Source: Hyaloraphidium curvatum SAG 235-1
Lineage: Eukaryota; Fungi; Monoblepharomycota
Direction of reading: 5' to 3'
Length of the DNA: 64,000 nt
Assembly: GCA_025558095.1 (NCBI GenBank)
Contig: JAIVFI010000010.1
Location: 682,001 to 746,000 of the forward strand
Notes under the pieces: generated by a model
The model's input: only the letters and a program-made list of their open reading frames with translations
Told to the model about the DNA's origin: nothing
Database searches by the model: none
Part shown: positions 35,949 through 46,639 of the stretch, piece by piece
How positions within the stretch are numbered: the stretch's first letter is position 1
Layout of the letters: every line of letters begins with the position of its first letter
Translations under genes and position numbers: made by a program

Positions 35949-37112
35949 ATGGCGTCTGCAAGTTCGAGTGACGCCTTGAGAGATTCGGAAGCCGCGAGGG
36001 CCATGGTCGCCGCGTTCGTCGAACTTGCGGGCGAGGCAGACCCCGCGACCCTGGACCTCCTCTCGACGGCCCTCGGGCTGACACAGGCAGAGAAAGAACC
36101 ACCTACACCCTCTGGTAGCAACAAATCATCCGATGACCAAAGGATCCGCGTGAGGGACGCGCTGGAAACCCTCCAACGCGCCCTGGACTCCCCCGACCCC
36201 GCCCCTTCCGACACCCTCGCATCTCTCCTCCGTGCCACCTTCCACAACCCCTCCTGGCTCTTCTCCTCCGGCCTTGCCTTCCTACACGCCGGCGACAACG
36301 CCGCCCCCGCCGACGCGCACCACAACCTCGTCGCCCTCTGGACCAAGAACTGCATCCTCGCCCTCGGCATGCTGCCCGACCCCGCTCCGTACCGCCTGCT
36401 CACCCACATGCTCCCCCCCGGCCGCGCGAGGAGGTTCGTCTCACCCCCCTTGGTCGACCCGCTCTTCGGCCCCGGCACCCGCGCCGCCGGCCGTCCCACC
36501 GCCGAGCGCATGGCGTTCGTCACCGCGCGGCTCGAGCAGGCCCTAGGGACGATGCCCCCCGGCCCGCGGCAGATCGCCGTCGTGGGCGGCGGGTTCGAGG
36601 TGATCCCCCTCCGCGCGGCGGAGATGTCCCCCGGGATCAGGGGTTTCGAGCTGGACCTGCCCCACGTCGTCAGGGCGAAGGCGCTCGCGCTCCGCCGGCT
36701 CGCCGAGGAACTCTCCCTCGACCCCGGTTCCATGCCGGTGCTGATCGGCGCTGACCTGCTCGAGCACACGCCCGCGGAAGCCCTCCTCCTTCCCCCCTTC
36801 GTCGCGCCCGTCTTCCCGGGCTCCCGGCAGCACGTATGGGACCCCCGCGTGCCGACCCTGTTCCTCGTCGAGGCCGTGCTCATGTACCTCCCGCCCCCCC
36901 GCGGCGCCGAGATCCTGCGCTCGCTCGCCTCCGCCGTCGCAGCGGCGCCCGGGTCGGCGCTGATCATGTGGGACCACATCGCGACCGATGCGAAGGAGGG
37001 CGAGGGGATGGTGGAGGCGGCGAGGAGGGCGATCGAGGGGTTGGGGCTGAGGGCGGTGCACGTGGAGGCGGGGATGGAGGGGTTCGCGGCGGCACTGGCG
37101 GTGGCGCCCTGA
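35949..37112 (+). CDS. SAM-dependent methyltransferase, leucine carboxyl methyltransferase (LCM)-like
   Basis: QIAVVGGGFE, FELDLPHVVRAK, GADLL, PTLFLVEAVLMYL. Confidence 0.75.
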   Translation: MASASSSDALRDSEAARAMVAAFVELAGEADPATLDLLSTALGLTQAEKEPPTPSGSNKSSDDQRIRVRDALETLQRALDSPDPAPSDTLASLLRATFHNPSWLFSSGLAFLHAGDNAAPADAHHNLVALWTKNCILALGMLPDPAPYRLLTHMLPPGRARRFVSPPLVDPLFGPGTRAAGRPTAERMAFVTARLEQALGTMPPGPRQIAVVGGGFEVIPLRAAEMSPGIRGFELDLPHVVRAKALALRRLAEELSLDPGSMPVLIGADLLEHTPAEALLLPPFVAPVFPGSRQHVWDPRVPTLFLVEAVLMYLPPPRGAEILRSLASAVAAAPGSALIMWDHIATDAKEGEGMVEAARRAIEGLGLRAVHVEAGMEGFAAALAVAP

Positions 37113-37356
37113 AGGGCGGTTCCTCCTTCGCGCGACGGAAGAGCGAGCCATGTGTGGCTTGCTGTTGCGGTTGGACGGGCGGATCCGTGTCGTCTATGGC
37201 GGTCTGTGTAGGCGGATTTGGCAAGCGATACCGAGATCGCCCGCCGGGGAGAAAAGCCGCACCGGTCGCCGCTATTCACCGGCATGGCTTCCCACGACGG
37301 ATTCTCCTTCGGGATCCACGGAGTTCGCTTTGTTTGATGTCCTCGAAGATTTCGAA

Positions 37357-37388
37357 AGTCAGTCAGTCAGTCAGTCAGTCAGTCAGTC
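37357..37388. repeat. (AGTC)8 microsatellite
   Basis: Perfect tetranucleotide array. Confidence 0.97.
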
Positions 37389-37745
37389 AAGGGGGGGATC
37401 GGTGCGTTAGTCACGTCCCCGGAGGACATCGTCCGTGCGGCCGTACTACTCGGGGGAGCTGCCGCCGGCCTGCTTGCTGCGCCGGTGCGTTTCCTTGTCG
37501 CGGGGGGGAGCACGGTGCCCGGCGTAATAGTGGAGCTGACGCCAACCCTCCCGCCGCGGAAGCGCAGCCGCCCGTCAGCCCGTGCGACTCGGGGCCGCGG
37601 CTCGCGAAAGGACGGCGCGGCGTACACTCCCCGTTGAAGACAAGGTGGGCCGCGGTTGCCCGCCGTACGTCCGTCCGGCGGAGCATTGCTGACGTTCCGC
37701 CCCACCCCCCACCCCCCAGCCGCGACCAGCAACACCACCGCAGCG

Positions 37746-38072
37746 ATGGTATCCCAGGACTGCCACATCACCCTCTCCGTCTTCGGCGTCGTCGCCGTGA
37801 TGATCGGCGGCCTCCTGTACGGCCTCGTTCCCCCGACCAACGGCGCCGCGCGCGGTGTGGGGCTGACGCTGCTGGTCCTGGGGTCAGGGGTGACGGCGGT
37901 GTACCTGCTCGCGTGCCTGTGCGGGGGATGCGGGGACGGCAAGGGGGAGGGGAAGGCGGCGGAGGAGGGAAGGGCGGGGGCGGGGGAGGGGGCGAAGATC
38001 AGGAAGGGGCAGGTGTTGGGGGCCGCCGAGATCGGGCTCAACGTCGGGACGCTGGTCCAGGCGCTGGCCTGA
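37746..38072 (+). CDS. Small two-TM membrane protein, Cys/Gly-rich after TM2
   Basis: Two hydrophobic helices then CLCGGCG; coding-like GC3 bias. Confidence 0.55.
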   Translation: MVSQDCHITLSVFGVVAVMIGGLLYGLVPPTNGAARGVGLTLLVLGSGVTAVYLLACLCGGCGDGKGEGKAAEEGRAGAGEGAKIRKGQVLGAAEIGLNVGTLVQALA

Positions 38073-38108
38073 GGGCGGAGGCCTCCTTCCGAGGGGGGTT
38101 GCATGCCC

Positions 38109-38131
38109 GGGGGGGGGGGGGGGGGGGGGGG
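38109..38131. repeat. G23 homopolymer
   Basis: Direct count. Confidence 0.95.
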
Positions 38132-38279
38132 CTTTTCTTTCGCGGCTCGGGGAGACTGGTTTTCTTTCGCGGCGCGGATGGTGTCGGGTCTTGTGCCTCA
38201 CTACACACGTGCCATTTATTGCCGCAACAATATCGCCGGCGGAGCCTTTCCGGCCTAAGAACGAAAGTGCTCCGCGATG

Positions 38280-38863
38280 TGGCGCTTCAATTCTTCGGTC
38301 GTTCCCCGGCGAGCACGACCCCGTCGGTGACTTGACGTACGCCACGGTGCGGCTCGACGCGTCAGCGACCGGCCGCGACGTCTTCAGTGCGGCTGCCCCG
38401 GATTCCGCGTGCGTCGGAGCCCGCTTGCGCCGAATTCTGGGCCCGGGACCGCCCTACCACCTTTCTTGAAGCTCGGCAAGTTCTCGGCAACAATCTCGCA
38501 TTGGACAGCACACTGGATCTGGCTGGCGTGCGGGACGGGTACTTTTTTGTCGCGCACCATGCACCGCTGGGTGTCGGAGCAGCACTTGGAGGTCGGAGCA
38601 ATCGCAGCTCATCAGCGGCCGCAAACTCACTGTCGCTTGAATGCCCAGGAAGCCACGTTCCTCCCGTTCAGCGCCGGAAGCAGTGGCCCCCGAAGGTGAC
38701 CTTTGAGTTCTGGCTGGGTGCCGGTTTGGGCACTACCGGGACACTTTTCATGGTCGCGGTGGCTAGCTTGCGCGAAGTCGCCTTCGCCATGGGAGGAGCG
38801 GCCCTAACCGTCGGGCTGTCCTTTGTGTCGGACGCGGTTATCAAGCTTCTTTTCGCCCCGTAG
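38280..38863 (+). pseudogene. Frameshifted remnant: ubiquitin-like header segment plus C-terminal TM pair
   Basis: YATVRLDASATGRDV...ARLRRILGPGPP continues in another frame as TFLEARQVLGNNLALDSTLDLAGVRDGYFFVA, then two hydrophobic helices. Confidence 0.3.
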
Positions 38864-39038
38864 AACCGGAGGAAAGAAGGTCCTAAGACATCTTCATCCC
38901 CTTGAAAACACTACAACCACGCGGGAAGGGCATCCGTTGCTGGGCACCATCATCCATCCGGGGTCGAGCGGTTCAGACTGTAGCGGGTGCACGCGGTTGC
39001 TTCGATCGCTTTTGTCCGGGCGGAGGGCGACAGCAACC

Positions 39039-39614
39039 ATGCTCCCGCGGCTTCCCCGGACGGCGGGGGCGGCGACGGACGGCGGCGCGGAGGACGAGGA
39101 CGTGGAGGCCGGGGACGCGGAGGCCGGGGCCGCGGAGGCCCGCAAGCGGCCTGCGGGGCCCGCCCTCTTCGCGCTCGTGGGGATCCCCGAGCGGACGCCG
39201 CTCTTCCTCCCCGTCCCGCTGGACCGGCTCGGCCCCACGCAGCGGTTCTACACCGTCATTTGGGATGTTGCAGCCGCTTTCGGACTGTCGCCGCTGGAGG
39301 CCGCGTGCCTGCGGCTGTACGACGCCGGCCCGCGCGAGCCGGACCCGGCCGAGGCCGCGGCGCTGCTGCGCGACCCCGAGGCGCGGCGCATCGACGGATG
39401 GGAGGTCGATCTCGGGCGCTACGCGGGGCGGTTCCTGGTGGGCAGGATCGCGGAGCCCGCCGGGGGGATGCGGTACATGGCCCGGCAGGAGGCGGTGTTC
39501 CAAGCCGAGGCCGACTGGACGCGGAACGGACCGATGGGCGCCGCGGCGTTGCACATGTTCAGGGCCCCAGCAAGGGTGATGTCGATGCTTGGCGTGCACG
39601 ACAAGCGGGACTGA
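39039..39614 (+). CDS. Hypothetical protein, possible ubiquitin-like (Crinkler-header-like) domain
   Basis: Strong GC3 bias; LRLYDAGPREPDPAEAAALL...RFLVGRI pattern. Confidence 0.5.
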   Translation: MLPRLPRTAGAATDGGAEDEDVEAGDAEAGAAEARKRPAGPALFALVGIPERTPLFLPVPLDRLGPTQRFYTVIWDVAAAFGLSPLEAACLRLYDAGPREPDPAEAAALLRDPEARRIDGWEVDLGRYAGRFLVGRIAEPAGGMRYMARQEAVFQAEADWTRNGPMGAAALHMFRAPARVMSMLGVHDKRD

Positions 39615-40316
39615 CGCCGGTGGGCCTTTCTCGTCACCGCCGCCCTGTCGGACCTGCTTGACCGGCTGCATGCCGAGGCGGAGCTGCCAGCCGATCGCCC
39701 CAACGCAAGATCTCCCGACCCGGACCCGTACATGCACCTCCACGCGGCCCTGGTCGGTGCATGGACAACCCGGTTCGAGGGGCTGTACGGCATCACCCGC
39801 GCCAACCTCCTCCTCGTGCTGCCGGCCATTGTTGCGGCGTTCGTCCTGAACGCCGCAGCGGGCTCCTGCGTCGCGGCATGGCAGCTGGCCTGGCTCGCGT
39901 TCCTGCTCGCCTTTGGCGCGTCGGATCTCGCCACCTGCGCCACGGCCAACGCGGAGATCGCGGCCGTGCTCGCGCTGAACGGGGGCGCGCGGGGCGAGCT
40001 GCGGACCATGGCGGCGAGGGCGGATGCCGCGCGTCCGGCGCTGCAATCTCGGCTGGCTGCGCACGACCGCGTGCTCGAGTGGTACACCGGAGAGGCGGAG
40101 GCCGCGAGGGCCAGGATCCTCGGGTTTCTGATCACGGGCGGCGTCATACGCACTCTCATCGTGACGCTGTTTACGATCGGGGTCGGCCTGTGGACCGTAC
40201 TGAGAGGCAGCGGCATCTTCCTGACTATGGAGACGTGGTACTGCGATGAGCAGCTGACCGGAACGGGAACATGTTTGTCCACATCTGCCCGTGCTGGAAC
40301 CTGTACGCTACCATGA
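39615..40316 (+). pseudogene. 5'-truncated member of the 7TM family at 60981 (second loop to TM7 only)
   Basis: AALSDLLDRL, PYMHLHAAL..W..RF, ANAEI, ARILGFLITGGVIRTLIVTLFTIGVGLWTVLRGSGIFLTME align with 60981-62504. Confidence 0.7.
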
Positions 40317-40594
40317 CGACGAGCTCGATCATGTCCGCGCTGCTTTGCGCGGCATGCAGAAACTGAGGATCATCGAGCTCCACGGGGAGGCCAGCGGCGA
40401 CGTTTTGCGCGAGCGGATCTTCTGGAACTCCCTGGAAGATTCCAGACGTGCGAGCGCCAGCAGCCGAGACAGTGTAACGGACTAGACGGGATGGAGCACG
40501 GGAGGCGAACAATCCACTCCAGATAGCACACGGAATGCATGGGTGACTCAGACGCCCCTTGCCCTTTCTTTCCATCGTCCCGATCTCGCTCTTC

Positions 40595-41824
40595 TCAAGA
40601 TATGCGTGCCCCAACCAGAATGAAGGTCGACTTGTCCTCCCAGCTCCCCTCGCATGCCCCAATGTGCCGCAGCTCGTCTCGCAGAGCTGCGGAAAGCTTG
40701 ATGTTAGGGCGCCCGATCGCGTGCTCCCAGAAAGCCACCTCCGAAACGACCCTCCAGCTCGAGCTGTGAGCTGCGGCGGCACGGTCGGGCAGGTCCAGCT
40801 GGCCGACCGTAATGCCCAGATGGGGATGTGAGTCCTCCAGGGACTGCGTAAGGTTGTGCAGCCTGTCGAGGTCGTGGGTATCTAGAACAAGGCGTCCAAC
40901 GTGGACCTCGCGGAGGTTCGGGGGGAAGGGGAGCCCGATGAGCACTGATGACCAAAGCTCCGCGGCTGAAAGGCAAGCTCCGCGGGAAGAAGTGGAAGGC
41001 AGCTGCTCTCCGATCACTCGCAAGTCGGTAGTCGTGAGCGTTCCGTTCCTTTTTGCGATCCGTTGGGGCTTGAAGGTCGGAGGCACAGTGTAGATCCGAG
41101 CCAGAGACAGATCGTCGAACTGCACGTTCCACGCTGTCACTTTGTGTAGAACCTGCTCATTGCGATTTATCCACGAAGCCGAAAAGAGTTCACGTCCGAC
41201 CTCTTCCAGTCCGAGCTCGAAATAGTCCAGCAAAGGGGCTCCGGAAACGATCTGAGCGATCGGGAAAGATGCCCCTCGTTTCCCTACTCCCATAATTTTG
41301 AGCCGTCGAAGGGAGGGGAAGCTGAACGGCGGTTCCAGTCCCGCTCAGTTCGGGTTGGCCAAGGCGCCAGGATCGTTGCAACCGTGCCTGACGTCCAGAT
41401 CCGTGACGGACGGGGGCATGAAGCGAAGGAGCTCGAGCAGGGGCTCGAACGCACCACTCGACTCGAGAGTGAAGGATTCCAGCGCCGGAGTGGCCCGCAA
41501 CAGGCGCTTCGCGGGCGTGTGCGGGCAGAGCTGCAGCGACACGGTGCGCACGTATCGGAGCCAACCGCGGCGGTGCCAGGTGTCGACGCGATCTCCGAGA
41601 GCGGACAAGAGGTGCACATTGTTGCGGAAGTGGCGGGGCCCGTGCTGGAAACGCCAAAAGACCAACGGGGCCAGGGGCGCGAGGGCGTCCCGCGAGGCGC
41701 AGGCGAACCTGACCCGGGAGCGGTGCGGGAGGAACACCGCAATGCGGTAGATGAGTTCAGGTAGGAGCGCGGGAGCATGTCCGAACGAGGCGAGTTTGTG
41801 CGGAGTTTGGGCGTTGGGTGACAT
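40595..41824 (-). pseudogene. F-box/LRR-like gene with in-frame TGA at 41345-41347
   Basis: F-box LLPELIYRIAVFLPHRSRVRFACASR. The frame resumes after the stop (FPSLRRLKI...FPPNLREVHV). Confidence 0.6.
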
Positions 41825-41905
41825 GAGTCATCACTCGATCAGTGCCGCCCCGACATGCGGGGATCTGGCACGGCATCTTTGTCGAGCGTATATTGTATCG
41901 ATAAT

Positions 41906-44900
41906 TTACAGCATGAGTTTGGCCGTCTCCTTCTCCAGCTCTACAAAGTCTGGGCGCGACTGCGGGTCCTGCGCCCACGCGCACTCCATCATTGCCCACA
42001 TGGCGTCCTGGACGCCGTCGGGCCTCTCGGGCCTGAGCTGCTCGACCGCGACCTTGTACACGATCTGCAAAAGCTCGATCAGATGCGATCCACGGCGATC
42101 GCCGGGAATCCCAACGCACCGCGGCAATGCTGTTAAGGTCGTCGAAAGGATACCGTCCCTTGCTGACCACCTCGTAGCACAGCATCGCGAAGGCGTACAC
42201 GTCTCCCGCCGGCTTAAGCGGGCCGCCGGCGAGCATCTCGGGGGCAACGAAGCCGGGCGTGCCCTGCATCCCGTTGCCGGTGCGCGCGCTCGACTTGCTG
42301 ACCTCGAGTCGGACGCGTGAGAGGCCGAAGTCGGTGATGACGGCGCGGGAGCCGTCGACGAGCACGTTGAGGCTAGACGGAGAGGCTGGTCAGATCCTGA
42401 AAGGATGGGCCGCGACCGGCACGCACCTCTTGAGATCCCCGTGCAGGATCCCGGACGCATGGAGGTAGGCCATGCCGGCGGTGACGTCGTGCAGGAAGCG
42501 CCGCCCCAGGGCCTGATCCCATCCGAGCGAGCCGAGGTACTTGCGCAGGTTGCCCTCCTCGATGAGGTCCATCACCATCATGGGCGGGGAGATGCAGAAT
42601 GCCATCAGCGGGAGGACTGGGTGCGAGGATGTGCGGTCAGCCAAGTCCGAGAGGGCGTGCGTCCCGCGCCGAGCCCACCGTTCCGCTGCACGAGACCCTC
42701 CCAGTTCGCCACCTCCTTGACGAACGCCGCCATGGTCCGCTCGTCCAGGTCGCCCTTGATCGTTTTGACCGCCACCTTCGTCGACCCGCGGAGCGTGCCC
42801 ACGTACACGACGCCGAACCCGCCCTCGCCCAGGCGCTGCGCCCTGTCGATGGCGATCTCGTCCTCGGTCACAAGGAGCTTGGATGCCGAGGGCGAGATGG
42901 CGATGGCGACCCCGCCGGCGCCGCTACCGCCGGACGGCCGGGCGGCGTTGCCTGGAGTGCCTGGTTTTGATCCCGCGCTGGATGGGGCAGCGCTCTGCAA
43001 ACGCCCCGACGGTGACACGAGGGCGCCGGAGCCGGCGACTGATGCCGTCTTGGAGCCCGCGCTATCCGGCGTAACACCTTTTGCAGGCAGCAAGGCGGGG
43101 GTGGGGAGCTCTGAAGTCGTCTCGGATCCGACTGGGCCGAGCTCCGGCTCGGATAGCTTTGCAGGCTGCGGCCGAGCCGCCCCAACGGCTTGAGCAATGG
43201 GAACAGTGTCGACGACGGCCGTTTGCGCCATCTCGGGGCGAGTCGCCAAGGGCTGCGCCTCGTTATGCTTCTCCTTGTGGTGATCCGAGCTGTCGTCCGC
43301 CAAGGTGGAGACCGAATCATCCGTGGCTGGCGATCCGTTGCGCCGCTCCTTCTCCGCCTCGACGTCCGTCGCCGCTGGCCGGGCCTTCTTCCGCTTCACG
43401 TACACGGCGATGCCGCCGGCTGCCGCGATGACGACGATACCGCCGACGACGCCGCCGACGATGGCGGGAATGTTGCTCGACGAGGACGACGAGGTCGCAG
43501 ATCCGGTGGTAGATCCGGGCGCGTTCCACTGCGCAGCCGCGGCACTCGAGCAGGAGCCGAGCGAGACGCTGCTTCCCGAGGAGGCTTGCAAGCAGCCAGA
43601 CGACGCATCCATGTTGGCGTTGAGGATCATGAGCGAGCCCGACGACGAGTTGAAGAGTGCCCAGTACGGGAAAAGCTGCCCTCCGGCCTGCCGGTGCAGG
43701 AGCCTTGCCGGCGAGGTCGGGCAGCTCCCATCCGAGACGACCAAAGAGACGCCCGACTGCCGCGCTTGGAGACACGACGATCCGCGCTGCAGCCTGATGA
43801 CGGGGGAGCCAGCGACGCCCGCAACGGCGTACTCGCCGGACGATCCATCGGCGAGCACGCAGTCGGAATCGCACGACAATCCCCTCGATCCCACTGTCAG
43901 AGAGATACGCGAGCCGGCAGACAGGGACATCGGGGTTGCGCCAGAGAGGGCAGGCACCGCGGTCGGAGCGGTGGCAAAGACGAGTGTCGCGGTCGTTGTC
44001 GAGGCCGAAGTGGAGGACGATGTGGTCGCTGATGTCGTTTTCGTAGTGGTCACAGACGAGGAAGTCGTCGTGGTGGTAGCTGGGGGCGGGGAAGGAGACG
44101 GGGAAGGAGCGACAGGAATCTGGCAGACGCCGTTCGCGCAGCCCGTCGCCCCCGATCCGCAGGCATTATTGCACCTCCCGCAGTGGTTGATGTCGGAGCT
44201 TGTGGCAACGCAGGCCGAGCCGCACGCCGTGAACCCGCTCAAGGATCCACAGGTCCCAGAGGAGCACTGTATCGCGACCATGTTCTTGTCAGATTCAGTG
44301 CCTCGGAACGGCCAGATCAACTCACGATCTGCCCGCTCGGGCATAAGGATCCGCATTTTCCGCAGTTGCGAATATCCGAGTCGAGGGTGACGCAGTTCAG
44401 CGAGCTCGCGGTGCCGCAGTTGGTCTGACCGGTGCCGCACGTGGGCCGGAACTGGCAGGTTCCCGAGGAGCAGCCCATCGAGTCCGCGGGGCACGAAGTC
44501 CCGCATTGGCCGCAATGATTCCTGTCCGAGTCGACGGCAACGCAGAATCCGTTGCAGTTCGTGAGGCCAGTGGGGCACAAGCAGCGTCGGGAAGAGCATG
44601 ACTGTCCGTCGGGGCAGGAAGTGCCGCAAGCGCCGCAGTTGCGCGAGTCTGAATCGAGGGAGACGCAGCTCCCGCCGCATGAGGTGAGACCGGAAGCGCA
44701 GGCGCAGGCACCGTTGGAGCACTGGGGAAGGGACGATCCGGTTAGATTCCAAAATTGCACGTACGAGGCAGGACCCACAACTTGGCCAGAAGGGCAGGTC
44801 ACGCCGCGGCACGGGTCGACGGGAACGCAGGCCCTTCCGTTACCGGACGGCGAAGTGTAGCCGGGATTGCAGGAGCAGGTCCCCCCCGAGCACGACGAGA

Positions 44901-46138
44901 AGTCGCCGCAATTTATGCCAGCGCACGGGTCTATGGCGCGGCAGTTCTTTCCGTCGCCGGTCGAGGAACTGTAGCCGGGATTGCAGGTGCAGGTTCCGCC
45001 CGAGCACGAAGAGAAGTCGCCGCAGTTCACGCCCGCGCACCGATCGATCAGCTGACAGTTTCGCCCGTCTCCAGAAGGGGAAGAGTAGCCAGAATTACAG
45101 GAGCAGCGACCAGCCGAGCAAGACGAGAAGGGTCCGCAGTTGATGCCGGCGCAGGGATCGATCAGCTGGCAATTCCGCCCATCGCCGGACGGTGAGGAGT
45201 AGCCCGAGTTGCAGGAGCACCGGCCCCCCGAGCACGACGAAAATGATCCACAATTGATGCCGGCACACGGATCAGTGGAGCGGCAGACGCCGTTGGTGCA
45301 CTATTGAGCAATTGGTCATTTAGTAGGTCGTGTGATGATGGGCTTAATCAAGATTACCATCGTCGAGAAAGGACAGGCGTTTCCGCAGGAGCCGCACTGT
45401 GTTGTTGTCAGCATATGGGGCGCTTGCAGTCGAAAACCGGCCTTACGTTTCGGTTATCGGTGTTGCGATTGACGCAGTTATGTTGACCGACTTCGGTGGA
45501 AGAGCCGCAATTGTACAGAAGCGTGTTTTCACAAGGCCGCTGGTCCAGAGCACCCCACATAAAGTGAATAACGAAATCACACAGTCGCAATCTGTAACTT
45601 ACGCAGAAGGCGCATGGATTCTGGCGGCCGTAAGCCAATATTTCCCCAGGATCGCAAGTTGGAATGACACAGCGGGACTGACACTCCCCTGTTAGGTGTG
45701 CTGGTCAGCGACGCAGCGAGCGTAAGCCAAGAAAATCCCTGCCTCCAGAGCACCATATCTGTTGATTGGGGTAAGGGACCTGCAGGCATTCGTTGGCGCA
45801 GGATCCACAGTGGTTTGCCGAAGTCTGTAGATTGACGCAGCTCCCTCCGCAGCTCGTCTGCCCGGAAGGGCAACGCGTCTGCCGGTCCCACAATCGAGTA
45901 GAAGCATTGAGAGAGAATCCAGTTCCAAGAAACACCAGCGCCGGAGCGGCGTCAGTCACGGTGCAGCACACGGAGAGCCAAAGCAGTGCCAGCGCTAGTG
46001 CAGCATAATAGAGGGTGAACGGGAGCCGGGCGGATATGCGGTGGTGCTTTCGGCTGGCGTGTCGGCCTGCCGCTTCCGCGTTTCATTAGCTCGCCGGGCA
46101 GCGAAAACGATGGCCTCACCCATGTCAGTGATTTCCAT
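41906..46138 (-). CDS. Single-pass receptor-like TKL kinase with STIG1-like, EGF-like and ricin-like ectodomain; many introns
   Basis: Signal-like helix LYYAALALALLWLSVCC; six CxxGxxxC..CV...(S/T)D..(N/H)CGxCxxxC units; four EGF units; TM IPAIVGGVVGGIVVIAAAGGIAVYV-KRKK; kinase GEGGFG, VAVK, HGDLKSLN (spliced), DFG, APE. Confidence 0.85.
44818..45273 (-). repeat. Four tandem 114-bp repeats encoding 38-aa EGF-like modules
   Basis: DPCAGINCGxFSSCSGGxCSCNxGYSSPSGDGRNCxxI x4 in a single exon. Confidence 0.92.
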
Positions 46139-46639
46139 GGGCTTCCTCTCGGCTGCGTCGTAGACCACCGATGCGGTGGCGCGAGGGCTCCCCGCTGCGG
46201 CGAACTTGCCGCAGGGCATGTTCGCGGGGGTCCGAAACGCGGGCACGGCGTTGTTGCCGCGCCGTCGATTGCTGCCACGCATCGTCAGTCGGTTTCCTTG
46301 GGGCTTCGACGCCCAACGCTGCGCTGCCGCAGCACTCAACCCACGTCCCAGACGCAGCTTACCCGTCCGACACTTGGGCAACAACGGAGGTGTTCCGGCA
46401 GCGGCCGCTGTGGGCTCTGTGCCTTTCGGACGAGACGGCGGGGCGATTCCGGGAACCTGAGCGGCTGGTGCGAGCAGTTGCCCCGCCGATCTGAAGGGAT
46501 CTGCGCGCAAGTCGTGCACGCCGCGGAGATCGACAACGACCCTTAGAGCTAGATGTCATGAGGCGAAGAAGCGGTAAAGTTCCGTCCTAAGCGAGACAGG
46601 CCCATCTCCCCGCGCACACAAGCTCCAAGGCGGCTCCCT

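Noticed and set aside
39612-41347. Two in-frame TGA codons as evidence of codon reassignment or selenocysteine
   Set aside because: Many intact genes here end in TGA, and both cases sit in a degraded patch with other lesions.
44818-45273. Regularly spaced repeats as a possible CRISPR array
   Set aside because: Contiguous 114-bp coding units with no unique spacers, in a eukaryotic context with no cas genes.
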